Below are positions 13,001 through 24,787 of a stretch of DNA of 64,000 bases, piece after piece. This DNA comes from Epiperipatus broadwayi (taxonomy: Eukaryota; Animalia; Onychophora). The stretch covers positions 21,514,001-21,578,000 of the forward strand of contig JAQFVV010000004.1 in NCBI GenBank assembly GCA_028023455.1, given 5' to 3'. Below the pieces are notes generated by a model that was not told the DNA's origin, did not search any database, and was given only the letters and a program-made list of their open reading frames with translations. Made by a program: the position numbers and the translations under genes. How positions within the stretch are numbered: position 1 is the stretch's first letter; each line of letters begins with the position of its first letter.

Positions 13001-16000
13001 TTGTGACACTATCAAAAAAGTATCAAGTAGTGGGTGAGAGCCATTGGTAATCTAATAAAAATATTTCAAAATAAATCCAACAGTATTTTACCCACTTTTT
13101 ATCTCTAGTTTTATACTAGATGAATATTATGTGAATATGGTCGATCAGGGTGCCACTATGTTAGCTAAGCCTGGAAAAAGTTATATTATATACCTACTTA
13201 CAAATGTACCAGATTTGAAGCTCTTTTGGTACCTTATTTATAACTGGATGTAGGATTTTAGACCCTTATCACATTTGCACTAACATTAAGAAAAATAACA
13301 TACTTGTGCTTTAGTTGAGCATATAAAATTTATCAGACAAAATTATCACTTAGATTTTTAATATTATAAATGCATTTCAATATTTCATAAGGCTTGCTAG
13401 CTCATATCAAACACTAGAGTTATGATGGCAATTCACTCATCCTTGGATGATGAGTGGTAGTTATTATCTTATAATGACTCACAAATGATAACCAAATACA
13501 GTGAAAATAATTTATCTATGGTCATTAATTTAAAAACAATGACATGATGATGGTACTTCCAGCCATAGCTTTAGAACTAACGCCAAACACAAAATTTAAC
13601 TTATAAATTGATAATTATTTGCCTAATTTTATTATATTTAAACTAGAACTTAACCATTAGTATTCAACTGTGATGATGAATGATCATAATTAATAAAGCA
13701 ACAAATACTCAGTAAAAATATACACCTCTTAATAAAACAAACTAACGATTTATTACTTGACTACTAAAACACATAATATTTAAAGATACAGTATATATGA
13801 AAATTTATATGAATAACAATGATAAGTTATTTATTTTTAAATCACAATGTTAATAATATTAAACTCTTCCCCCTTTCCCATTAATGATAGTCTCCAATGT
13901 CTCAGAGTAAAATGTTTGTGCATCAATTTGGATCATAAATAACAGAATTTACATCCACAAGAAAAATATTTCCTTAAAAATATAAACACTTTATGCACGC
14001 ACATATTTTTGTAATCTTATAAATTTAAACAACATAAGATAATTAATTAGAAAAACATGACTTAGATTCTAGAGAAGTAAAAGCATTTACAGAAACAAGT
14101 TTTAAATTACTTATCTCCCCCTCTAAGCTATTGAGGTCACTAATTATTTTTAAAAAATCTAACTCCAATGCTACCTTTCTCTCACTTTCAACATTCGGGC
14201 TACAGCTATACATGTGGCAAGTATAATTATATTACTACGTGTGTGGATGTCCATTATAAATAAAATATTTTAAAAAAACAACCTTTTAACATATAAACAT
14301 ATTACATAATTTTGAATTGACTCACAATAATACATTTCACAAAATCAAATAAGTGGATATTATAAGAAATTTAGAATACATAAAATCATTAATAAAGCTT
14401 ATAGCTATTGTTACTGAAAATTCTTTTACTTGATTTTGGTTTTAAAATTCAGAGATAATCAAGAAAAAAGATAAGGAATTTGTTATTAAAAATTTATCAA
14501 TAGTCCCTGATATAATAAAAAGTGAAATATATAATTAAAATTCATATTACCAGTCCTTTTATTTTCTTGAGGCAGTACTTTCCAAGAGTTCAAATTCAGC
14601 TTGTTGAATGTTTATAAATTTTGCAGCAACCACATACACCAATCTGTAACATGCATATATTACCAATTTTAGCGATTTACTGAAACGGTCCTATTCTTTC
14701 TTGGCTGGGGCTTGCAATTCTGTTACTGTGATGATGGTGAAGTCACTTGCTTCCATAGGAACCATTTAGCACTAGAATTGTTCATTTCCTTTCAGCATAT
14801 TTATTTTAATAGATTAAGAATGTTGTTTTTATAGTTTTATCATTTTGCTGGGGGTTAAACTCAGTCACTGGCATAACTGAACTAGCATGATGTAACTCTT
14901 CAGTAGTTTACTTATTTTCATTTTAACATTACCATGCAGGTGCTATTTAAAACAGATGAGCAGTCAATTTCTTCCATCTTATTTTTCACAATCAGTCACA
15001 AGATGTGTAATACTTTTGGCTCAGACTCTTCAGATATGCATAGATTGATGGATGGATCAGCCAGATGAAACATGTATACTTAGCCTGTCATTATGCTATA
15101 TGCAACTCCAAACAAAATTATATATAAAAATGACAGCAATTCAAACTGACCTTTTTTTACAATTTTAACTTGTTCTCTTCGCAGTTTTAATTTTTCTTGT
15201 TTTCTAAGTGATTGCCAGTCTTTTTATATCAGTGAATCTTTTACAGACCCCCCTCTGATAGAAACCTGATTTTTATTAAACCATCTAATTTAAAACTGAT
15301 CATCTGTTTTAAATTTACTCTGGGTAATAAAATCCCCAGACTAATAGATTTCTCATAATTAACCAGCCTGGAAGGAATCCATTACCTTAATGGCATCACA
15401 CCTTTGCATCAAATATAGACTCAAAAAATTTAACCACTTTTCTCTAATCTCAGATTTAAAGACTTTCAGCTGTACTACCAACTGAAATTCCAACCATGTG
15501 AGTTTAATTATCTCAACACAAAACAATAGTCTTTACAACAATAAAGCTTTTGAAATCTTAAAATGATTTAACAAAATTTTCTTCTTTGAATATATGTGCA
15601 ACTGTGAGTTTATTTACTTAAAATACAAGCACACAGACATTCAGAAGACTTGCCTATCAAAAATAATCTGAATGCTTTTTACAAACTATAACTTAATATT
15701 CAAAACTAAAATTATTAAAACTATTAGACTTACATTATAGTTATAGAAATAATAAAATAGCAGAATTTAGCAAGTATAGATCAATTTGGAAGAAGAAAGT
15801 TAATAATCAAAATTAGAAAATGATTAAGTAAATAGTTTGTGGCCACAGACAACTGTTTATATGTGTTCTAATCCTAATTTTTACAGACAACTTAAATAAT
15901 TCAAGGTTTATACTATTTTAGGTTTTTTTATCACTATAAGACAGATATTTCCCCCTATTTCTGTCCTAGGCTTTTGGGACTTGATCCTGCAGGGTTTAAA

Positions 16001-17162
16001 CTTAGGTGCCCTACGGCTTTCCTTTCTATATAAGAAAATGTGATTTTTTTTTTCTGTTTTCATTTATGCACATTACTGAACTTTAGCCACAGGCTAAATT
16101 GAAATGGGCACAATATATATATCAAAGTTACTTTACATTCATCTTACAGTTGTCTTTTAAATTCTATCATTAAGATGTCCCTTGACAATTTAATATGTTT
16201 TATAAAATAATATATTTTTATAAAAGTCCTCTCCATTGGGACATATACTAATGACAATATCTGCATTTGAAATATTACATTAGTTTATATAATTAATCTT
16301 ATCGCTGTCAGTTGTTATCTGTGAACTCTACAATGTTTTTCCATCTTTAACATAAGTTATGAAATCCCATTTCAACTCATTCATGCTTTTATAGTAAAAT
16401 ATATTTCTTTATCTTTTTTACTTGACAAAGCTGGCCTTTCCTTGAAAGTTGTAAGTTATCTATTATTAGTCACTACTTAAGTGACAATTTTATAGTGCCT
16501 AGAATGTGCAAGAATTTGTAATTGAAAATATAAATTAGAGAATAATCATTTACATACACAAACATGATCAGAAAATATCTTAATGTCTTAGTTTAAAATT
16601 CAGCTTATCTAAAAAGGAAGACCAAAATGTTTTCTTGATCTTAAACTCTGAAGCATTAAGCTAACTATATCAGATACATGTTGATAATCATCTCATCTAT
16701 GTTTAACAAATAATAATATAGTAATAATAACTGCAAAACTGTATAAGTTGGATTTTTGAAATTTTGTTTTGCTATTCCAGAAACAGGATAGTATGATAAA
16801 AATGCATCATAGAAGATACTATAAACTGTAGTGCAAATAATACTAAATAACATCCCAAATTCACATTTGATAGTCATCTTGGTTATACAGGCAGAATTTA
16901 TAAAATATTGCTTTATTTATATCAAAGTTGTCTACTCTTATGACTACTCTATTAGTGTTAGGCTGTTATCAATAACATTAATCAGAAATATTTACTGGTA
17001 TTAATTGAAGTCGCTTATGTAATCTAAAAACCAAGTACTGAATCTTAGTATATTTTATTTTGAAGAGTATTTCTAATTCTTAAATTGAAGAATTTAGAAG
17101 TTGCCTATATGCAAAAAAAAAAAAAACTATTCCAAGTTATTTTACAATTGCCATGTAATATG

Positions 17163-17544
17163 TAATTTACTATTACAATTTATTAACATAGCGCTATATA
17201 AATAAATACCTTATTATATATGTTTAACTTCAACTAAAAATGACGTATAGTAAATTTTAAATAATTTCGCAAGCGTCATTTATTCAAGCATAATAAAGTA
17301 ATTTAAAGTGACTGCTTAATATCTTCACGCTGTCATTTTCAAACACTTAAGATTGGCCCATACTTAAACATTTGGGTTATAAAGATAGATTGATTCATTC
17401 TATTTTTTCATAAAGACTTTATCTTGTGGCTGAGAATGAGAGTATTCATTTATAGTTTAAGATCTGTAAAGTGCATTAGCCTGATCGTTAATTTACTATT
17501 ACAATTTATTAACATAGCACTATATAAATAAATACCTTATTATA
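17163..17544 (-). mobile_element. 326-bp monomer plus 56-bp terminal redundancy; possible PLE pLTR/retrozyme derivative
   Basis: 56-bp direct repeats at 17163-17218 and 17489-17544 (1 mismatch). Internal minus-strand TTGAAAA-T-GACAGC...GCAGTC (17310-17342) resembles the PLE HHR but lacks GAAA. Confidence 0.45.
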
Positions 17545-19715
17545 CATATAATATGAATTAATTTTTCTGAACATTGTTGAATACTGTTTTTATATTATCA
17601 GTAGAATTAATAATGGGATAAATAGATATGGACTAACAGCAAACAAACAGTGCCTGCTTAAAAATACCTTCTGATGCATTGCAGAATAACATTGGTTCAC
17701 CAAAGGCTAGATACTAATTTCAATATCCTTTTTATGTATTTTATTGTTTTCAGTAACATAAATTATGTACAGAATTCATTCATAAACATCTCAAACCATC
17801 AGTTATCAACTGCATTAATTATGTCAACAAAATGCTTTTGTCTAACCAAATTCTTAATCTTGACTTACATGTACAAAAGTTTCAAAACCAATATTTACTT
17901 TTCTCTTTTACAAGCATCTCTTAGTAATGATGGAGACATGAAAATAGGATTTAGAAAAAGTGATTTAAAAATATATATGTCTCCCATAAATTTATCTAGG
18001 TTGGTAGTAAAATAGATGATAGTGGTAATAATAAATCTTTTTAAATTATATTTTAACTATAGGTACATGTAATGTGTCTATAATTAATGCAAACTTTTCT
18101 AAATGTGAATAAAACACAGCTCATATAGCTAAAGAATTGTCAAGTTTTGAAAGGCAGATTATCAAATAAAATAAAATTGCATGGTGTTAAAGGCTAATGA
18201 AATTTTCACTTGGTTTTCATAATGGTACTTATGACCATTTTATTGGTGCTTATACTCCAACATAAAAATTAAAAATAAAAAAAAGATTTATTTTTTGTTA
18301 GCGATATGCCAATTAAAAATTTGAATTTTTTCCAATTGGTAAAGTCATGCCCAAAGTTACTGGAAACAGTGATATTGCGTTTCTCAACTCAAAAAGTTGC
18401 TAGTAAAACATTCTTTATTGGATAATATATCAATGAAAAGATTTAATTTTTCTTCCTAGAGAATACTTGGTTTAAAGTTTTTGGAAATAATGTTATTATT
18501 TTTATGAGCTCAAATGGTCTACCGTTATTTATTTTTTGCCAAAGCATTGATTGCCTATCATGAAAACTTATTTATGTAGAAACTTATAAAGAAAATTGGA
18601 TAGCTCTTCTATTAAAACAATAACAATTAATGGATTATGTTATAGTGAGGAGTCAAAATGCGAAAGTCATTTGTATTATATGAGATTGTTGAACAGATAA
18701 GAGATTAGTAATTTACAAGATTAAAATGATAGTTGCAATGAAAAACATATTGGTATGAAATTCGTTGTTCATTTTTTACAGCATCTATTATTTATGTTCT
18801 AATTTTAACCACTATTGAATAATAAAATTACCAGTATTATCATGTAACAGAAGCATGAAATTCTTTAAATAAATGCTATTGTGAGGTTTGCTAAAAAGAA
18901 TCCTAATTAGTTCTCTGATAATGATTCTATTAATGTTAAATTAAAATAAAACATGACATTTTTGATTTATCAAAATAATATATTGAATGTGGAGTTTTAT
19001 AACCAAAATCTAAAGCAAAACTTTACTGGAACGAAGACTAAAATGGTTGCTTAAAATTTAAAAAAAAAGTCAAACATTCACTCACTGAAGACAACTTTTG
19101 AACCAAGACTGTAATTTCTGATGAAATATCAGAAAAAATTTCAAATTATGATAATTATAAATTAATTACAAATTATTGGGTTTCTATATTTGCCTTGAGG
19201 CTCAAACAATGTAATTTATGTAACCTCCATGACTGAGTTTGCATGCATGACTTATGTGTATTTTTTTTATTTATGCTAAAAATATATGAAAGTCATTTGT
19301 TTAAATAAATTATAAAATAAGGTATTTAATAATAATTATAAAAATTAAACTTTTAATACAATTCCTTATTTTGAAATAAAGAATAATTATTTTGAAAGAA
19401 GATTGCCATGGGAACTGAAGCACTCTTTGATTGTCTGCTTTACATAAAAGATGGGGATTGTTATTTCTTTGTCGTGACTTATAAGAAGGAAGTCAATAAA
19501 AGTTTTAATGATTATTTATGTTGATAATGCAATTTATGGCTAAAAACTCTAGAATGCCTTGCCATAATCTTTTTAACTATGGAACTGTAAACAAAAATGT
19601 CTTAAAACGAGTAAAACTCTCCATACAGTAATGCCACTCAGTGCAAGCCAGAGTAATCAATGGATACCAGAAGGCTTGTGCATAAAATCTCCATCTAGTG
19701 CCTACTCATCCAATA

Positions 19716-19757
19716 TCCCCAGACTAGTTTTTGGGTTGTGGCCTTCGTCAGTGAGGA
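19716..19757 (-). ncRNA. Family A hammerhead, degenerate (GAAA to AAAA)
   Basis: tcctca CTGACGA AGGC CACAA CCCA AAAA CTAGTC tgggga on the minus strand. Confidence 0.6.
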
Positions 19758-20159
19758 GCCTTGGATCTGAAAGCACTGCACCTAGATCTTATGATCTAAT
19801 GCATCCCTCCAGCAGTCACTTTTTATCTCTACTTAACTACAAAACTATAAGTCTTAAATTGAAAACAATACTTTCAATCCAAGTAGCTTATATAGTCATA
19901 TAGATCTGAACTCAGTTCAATAACTATACATTTTGGTGTCTTTGGTTCTTTAATAACCATAGCCACTACTATCCTATTAGGCAGGATTGGTTTTAAGCCA
20001 ATAAATATCACATGATCACCATTTCTTATGCTTCCTTGTAACTTATTAAAACAGGCAAAACTCTCCATACAGTATTGCCATTCAGTGCATACCAGAATAA
20101 TCAATGGATACCAGAAGGCTTGTGCATAAAATCCCTATCTATTGCCTACTCATCCAATA

Positions 20160-20201
20160 TCTCCAAACTAGTTTCTGGCTTGTAACATTTGTCAGTGAGG
20201 A
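20160..20201 (-). ncRNA. Family A hammerhead, degenerate (CTGACAA core)
   Basis: tcctca CTGACAA ATGTTACAAGCCA GAAA CTAGTT tggaga on the minus strand. Confidence 0.55.
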
Positions 20202-20852
20202 CCCTTGGATCTGAAAGCACTGCACCTAGATCTTGGGAACTAATGCAACCCTCCAGCATCCACTTTTTATCTCGACTTAACTACAAAACTATGAGTCTTA
20301 AATTGAAAATAATATTTTCAATCCAAGCTCATTAGCTTGTATAGTCATATAGATCGGAACTCAGTTCAGTACCTATACATCTTGGTGTCTTTGGTTCTTT
20401 AATAATCATAGCCACCATGAAAGCCAGAAACAAGTCTGGAGATATTGGATGAGTAGGCCCTAGATGGGGATTTTATCCACAAGCCTTCTGTTATCCATTG
20501 ATTATTCTGGCTTGCACTGAGTGGCAATACTGTAAGGAGAGTTTTGCCTGATTAATAACAGTTATAAGCAAGCATAAGAAATGGTGATCATGTGATATTT
20601 ATTGGCTTAAAACCAATCCTGCCTAATAGGACAGTGGTGTCTATGGTTATTAAAGAGCCAAAGACACCAAAATGTATAGGTATTGAACTGAGTTCAGATT
20701 TATATGACTATATAAGCTAATGAGATTGGATTGAAAATATTGTGTTTTCAATTTAAGTCTCATAGTTTTGTGGTTAAGTAGAGATAAAAGATGGCTGCTG
20801 GAGGGTTGCATTAGATCCTAAGATCTAGTTACAGTGCTCTCAGATTCAAGGC

Positions 20853-20893
20853 TCCTCACTGATGAAGGCCACAAGCCAGAAACAGTCTGGGGA
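20853..20893 (+). ncRNA. Type I minimal hammerhead ribozyme, family A (best-preserved copy)
   Basis: uccuca-CUGAUGA-A-GGC(cacaa)GCC-A-GAAA-CA-GUC-ugggga: 6-bp helix I, intact CUGAUGA and GAAA, GUC cleavage triplet. Confidence 0.75.
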
Positions 20894-21865
20894 TATTGGA
20901 TGAGCAGGCACTAGATAGAGATTTTATGCACAAGCCTTCTGGTATCCATTGATTACTCTGGCTTGCATTGAGTGGCACTACTGTATGGAGAGTTTTGCCT
21001 ATTTTAATAACAGTTATAACCAAGCATAAGAAATAGTGATCATGTGATGTTTATTGGCTTAAAAAATATTTAAAATTAACTGAGATTCTGCGGTTTATTA
21101 ATTACTGTGCGTAGCTAAAAGAAAATAATGCTTGTTTTAGGAAAACTTGTCCTCTGATGAATTATAAAAGAGAAATATTCTTCAATGAATTAATTTGTAG
21201 ATCTACTTAATTTAGATGCTCTAAATATCTGGAAAAACTTCACAGGCAAAACTAAGGTGGAATAAATCACATGAAGTTTAAATGTGAGAAAATTGTTTGT
21301 AGACATTTAAAATAATGAGTCTGATGGTCATATATCTATCTTCCTAAGCTAATGAAGTGTGAGTTCACAGAGATATCAAAGTAATTGAATGAACTTAAGA
21401 ACTTTTTTCTTGATGAATTATTATAAATCCACAAAGATTTTTTTCTCTCGTGTGTACTCTTCACACAATTTTAAATGTAAATGCAATTTTATATATATAT
21501 TATCATTTCATTTCTTAATTAAAATTATTGTTATTAATAATTTTGATGCTTGTTTATTTCTCATTCGAATTCTGAATAGATTTATTTTGTCATTTAATAA
21601 TAGTATTAATGTGAAGTTGGGATAACAATCAGGAAATATGATTGAATCTGCATGAAGACTTGATTTTTATGTGTATTTAGTCTGTTTGTTATCTGTGACT
21701 ATATAAAGAAGGCAAAATTTGTATAGTCTCTTCACCATGTACATGATCACCCATTAGATGTTTATAATTCCCCTAGACTAAAATTTAATTTGCAAATGTT
21801 GGTTTTTTTATTATACATTTTAATTTGATCAATTACCAGTTATTAAAGGCAATCACTGTTACATA

Positions 21866-21883
21866 TGGGGGCCAGTCCAGGAT
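21866..21883 (+). promoter_or_regulatory. Primer-binding site, tRNA-Pro type
   Basis: TGGGGGCCAGTCCAGGAT, 2 nt after the LTR end, versus the tRNA-Pro PBS TGGGGGCTCGTCCGGGAT (15/18). A second copy at 32493-32510 (-) reads TGGGAGCCAATTCGGGAT. Confidence 0.75.
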
Positions 21884-22329
21884 TATTCTCAATCAATACA
21901 AAGAGGGGTTGAACCCAGTTTAGTTTTTTTTTTAATTTTTTATTAATATTTGGAAAAAAATAAATTAGTCATTGAGATATGGAGTATAAATACTTGATCG
22001 GATGAGAAATATAATTTATTTTGTTATAAACAAGAAAAAAAATCTATCAATAAACTCATAAATGTCTTTAAATGGAGAAAGTTTCATAGAAATAATAATA
22101 GGCAAATAAAATAAGGCATTAAAAATAAAATACAGTGCAATGATAGAAAGGCTACATGGTGGAAAGAGGGATGGATATTTTAGTTCTTAAATAAATAAAA
22201 GAAAAAAATTGTTAAAGTGGTTAAAAATAGTTTTTGTAAATTTTTATAGAAAAGTTAGTAACTAAATTTAGTATAAATTTATATATGATTACCTGAGCTA
22301 AAGCAAAAATGAAAGCTCAGAAGAAATTA

Positions 22330-23300
22330 AACTGAGGCTCATAATAGTGAGTTTATGAATATGAACATGTTCACAGAATTTAATAAAGAGAACATGGAAA
22401 GCATGTTTATAGAATTGAAAGGCCAAATGGGAAGAACAAACCAAAGGAATTAAAAGCCAAATTGAGTCAAACAAAAAAGCAGAGCAACTAAGTGAAGAAA
22501 TAATAAGTAGATTAGAAAGTTAGATTGGTGAAATAAGTCTCAATGTTCAAAATAATAAAGAAAATGTCTTGCGTTGTTGGCCGAGAGGTGTCGCAGCCGC
22601 CGTGCAAGCGGGTGGTTGGTTGCAGACGGTTGTGGGTTCGCGTCCCGGCCGATGCTATGACATATGGAAAAAAAAAATGTGTAGCTGAGCAAATAGATAA
22701 GGCTAATTGTGATAGAATTTTAGAACCATGGCAGATATATCTAAATTAGATGAAACAAAATTAATGATAAATGCCTGACTACATTAGTTTAAAATGTTCA
22801 GTATATTGATAATATAAATAAGTTTAGAGTTAACACAGAAACCTTCGATGGTGATGCTTGCATTATAGTTGATTGCATATCTGAATGCATGCAATAAAGG
22901 TAAGAGTGAAGAAATATCTGATTTGGAAAATGAATTAAATTACTTAAATATCAAAGAAATAGGTGATCAAGAAGAATACGTTAATAGGATTAAGTATAAC
23001 TATTTTATTTGGTAGGGTGTATGAAAGAAAAAAAGTACCAGGAAACTAAGATTAAAAACTAGAGAAGAGAAATCCAGAGTTAAGGTAAGCAATTAAGCTA
23101 CATAAATTATCTAATAAAAAATAAAAACATCATTTTTTCTAAAGATGAATTAGAATTATCATACGATAAATAAAAGGTATTTCAGATCATTCCAAACGAG
23201 AGCCTGCATATTAATAAAAAAAATTTAGAGAAAGGCAAAGTTTAATTCCTCTAGGAATAAAAATAATGAACAAGTAATTATATTGTACACATTATAAAAG
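22330..23300 (+). pseudogene. Decayed coiled-coil/gag-like ORF of the LTR element
   Basis: Relic translation (MNMNMFTEFNKENMESMFIELKGQM...; FRVNTETFDGDACIIVDC) downstream of the PBS, with stops. Homologous minus-strand copies at about 30450-31500 and about 34860-36390. Confidence 0.5.
22566..22677 (+). mobile_element. tRNA-derived SINE, copy 2 (inside the gag-like relic of E1)
   Basis: TGGCCGAGAGG A-box, GGGTTCGCGTCC B-box, the same 3' end gatgctatgaca as copy 1, oligo-A tail. Confidence 0.85.
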
Positions 23301-23631
23301 TAGATGCTACTGAGCAACGAAAAAGACTAATTTTGAAAATGAACTGCACTGCTCAAATATTAAAAACAATAGTTGGCAAAAGTCATGCTAAATGAGTTAG
23401 ATATAATAGTGTTATTTTCTAAAGCATATAAAAACTAATTTAAACATTAATTTCAGAGGTATATTAATGTTTTATCAGGTTGCTTTCTGTATTCATGATG
23501 AATGGATGTTTGCATTGTTTTTAAAACAGGCAAAACTCTATACATATTGCCATTCAGTGCAAGTCAGAGTAATCTATGGATGCCAGAAGGCTTATGCATA
23601 AAATCCCCATCTAGTGCCTACTTATCCAATA

Positions 23632-23673
23632 TCTCCAGTCTAGTTTCTGGCTTGCGGCCTTCATCAGTGAGGA
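23632..23673 (-). ncRNA. Family A hammerhead (intact core, GAC triplet)
   Basis: tcctca CTGATGA AGGC CGCAA GCCA GAAA CTAGAC tggaga; the U16.1 to A change likely inactivates it. Confidence 0.65.
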
Positions 23674-24077
23674 GCCTTGGATCTGAGAGCACTGCGCCTA
23701 GATCTTAGGATCTAATGCAATCCTCCAGCAGCTACCTTTTATCTCTACTTAACTACAAAACTATGAATCTTAAATTGAAAACACCATAACATTTTCAATC
23801 TAAGCTCATTGGCTTATATAGTCATATAGGTCTGAACTCAGTTCAGTACCTATACATTTTGGTGATTTTGGTTCTTTAATAACCATAGCCACCATCATTC
23901 TATTAGGCAGGATTGGTTTTAAGCCAATAAACATCACATAATCACTATTTCTTATGCTTGCTTATAACTTATTAAACAGGCTTAAACTCTCTGTACGTAT
24001 TACTACTCAGTGCAAAACAGAGTAACCAATAGATGCCAGAAGGCTTGTGCATAAAATTCTCATCTACTTGTCCAATA

Positions 24078-24119
24078 TCCCCAGACTAGTTTATGGATTG
24101 TGACCTTCATCAGTGAGGA
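24078..24119 (-). ncRNA. Family A hammerhead, degenerate (GAAA to TAAA)
   Basis: tcctca CTGATGA AGGT CACAA TCCA TAAA CTAGTC tgggga. Confidence 0.55.
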
Positions 24120-24769
24120 GCCTTGGATCTGAGAACACTGCACCTAGATCTTAGGATCTAATACAACCCTCCAGCAGCATTCTGGCATCCATTTATTACT
24201 CTGGCTTGCACTGAGTGGCAATACATATAGAGTTTTGCCTGTTTTAATAACAGTTATAAGCAAGCATAAGAAATGGTGATCATGTGATGTTTATTGGCTT
24301 TTCATTGTTTTGAGCAGGTTTTCATGATACATCAGTATTTAGCATTGTTCCCAACCATTTTATATTTATAGTTATCAGCCTTTAATTCTCAAAAGTATCA
24401 GGCATAATTCTTATGATGTGTATTAGCCACTAAGTCTTTTAGTAAAGCAAGGCTTTAGTTAGAAGTATTGCTCATTTATATTTGGGTTGTGCTCAATATA
24501 ACTCTCTTGGTGTTTATGTTACATGGTACACTCATTGTCAGTGGAAAATTTCTTGGTTCATCTCAGCATTCATGAGTGAATTTTGAAAAAAATGTATATG
24601 CATACCAATGTAATAAATAGACTAAAGATGATATTGTTCATACCAACTTGTAAGTCCGTTTTCAAAGAAATATAGCTAAGCATGACATTATTTTAAAATT
24701 AAAAGAATATTGTTTTAGATTAGAAATAAAATTGAGTGATATATATCAAATTGACTCTATTTTATTTCT

Positions 24770-24787
24770 AAGTGGAGATGGAACAAA
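24770..24787 (+). promoter_or_regulatory. Polypurine tract before the 3' LTR
   Basis: aagtggagatggaacaaa|tgtaac. Equivalent purine tracts precede the minus-strand LTRs starting at 29640 and 34059. Confidence 0.65.

Larger units (their letters stand above)
19604..21064. mobile_element. Retrozyme-like family A, insertion 1 (about 1.8 monomers antisense plus 1.4 monomers sense; monomer about 445 bp)
   Basis: Tandem period 444 (19604/20048), inversion point at 20416/20417. HHR motifs at 19716-19757(-), 20160-20201(-), 20417-20441(+, truncated) and 20853-20893(+). The empty site is visible in the 3' LTR near 25165-25200. Confidence 0.85.
23523..24300. mobile_element. Retrozyme-like family A, insertion 2
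   Basis: Period 446. HHRs at 23632-23673(-) and 24078-24119(-); inversion at about 24178. TSD cattgtttt (23513-23521 / 24303-24311). Empty site in the paralog near 34620-34645. Confidence 0.85.

Noticed and set aside
15240-15500. Polinton DNA polymerase B relic (SIRGGL on the minus strand)
   Set aside because: A single short motif amid many stops; too weak without a profile search.
19085-19134. CTGAAGA and CTGATGA motifs as hammerheads
   Set aside because: The first lacks GAAA and stems; the second is simply a ttctgat/atcagaa hairpin.
19631-20104. ORFs inside the family A repeat (also 23502-23708)
   Set aside because: Frames are not conserved between repeat copies (stops and indels differ), so the repeat is treated as non-coding.
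21154-21180. CTGATGA...GAAA hammerhead in the LTR
   Set aside because: No helix II or helix I pairing, and the motif is not conserved in the other LTR copies.
22566-22677. Functional tRNA gene (also 1353-1457)
   Set aside because: No convincing acceptor stem, abnormal anticodon arm, oligo-A tail and TSD: a SINE.
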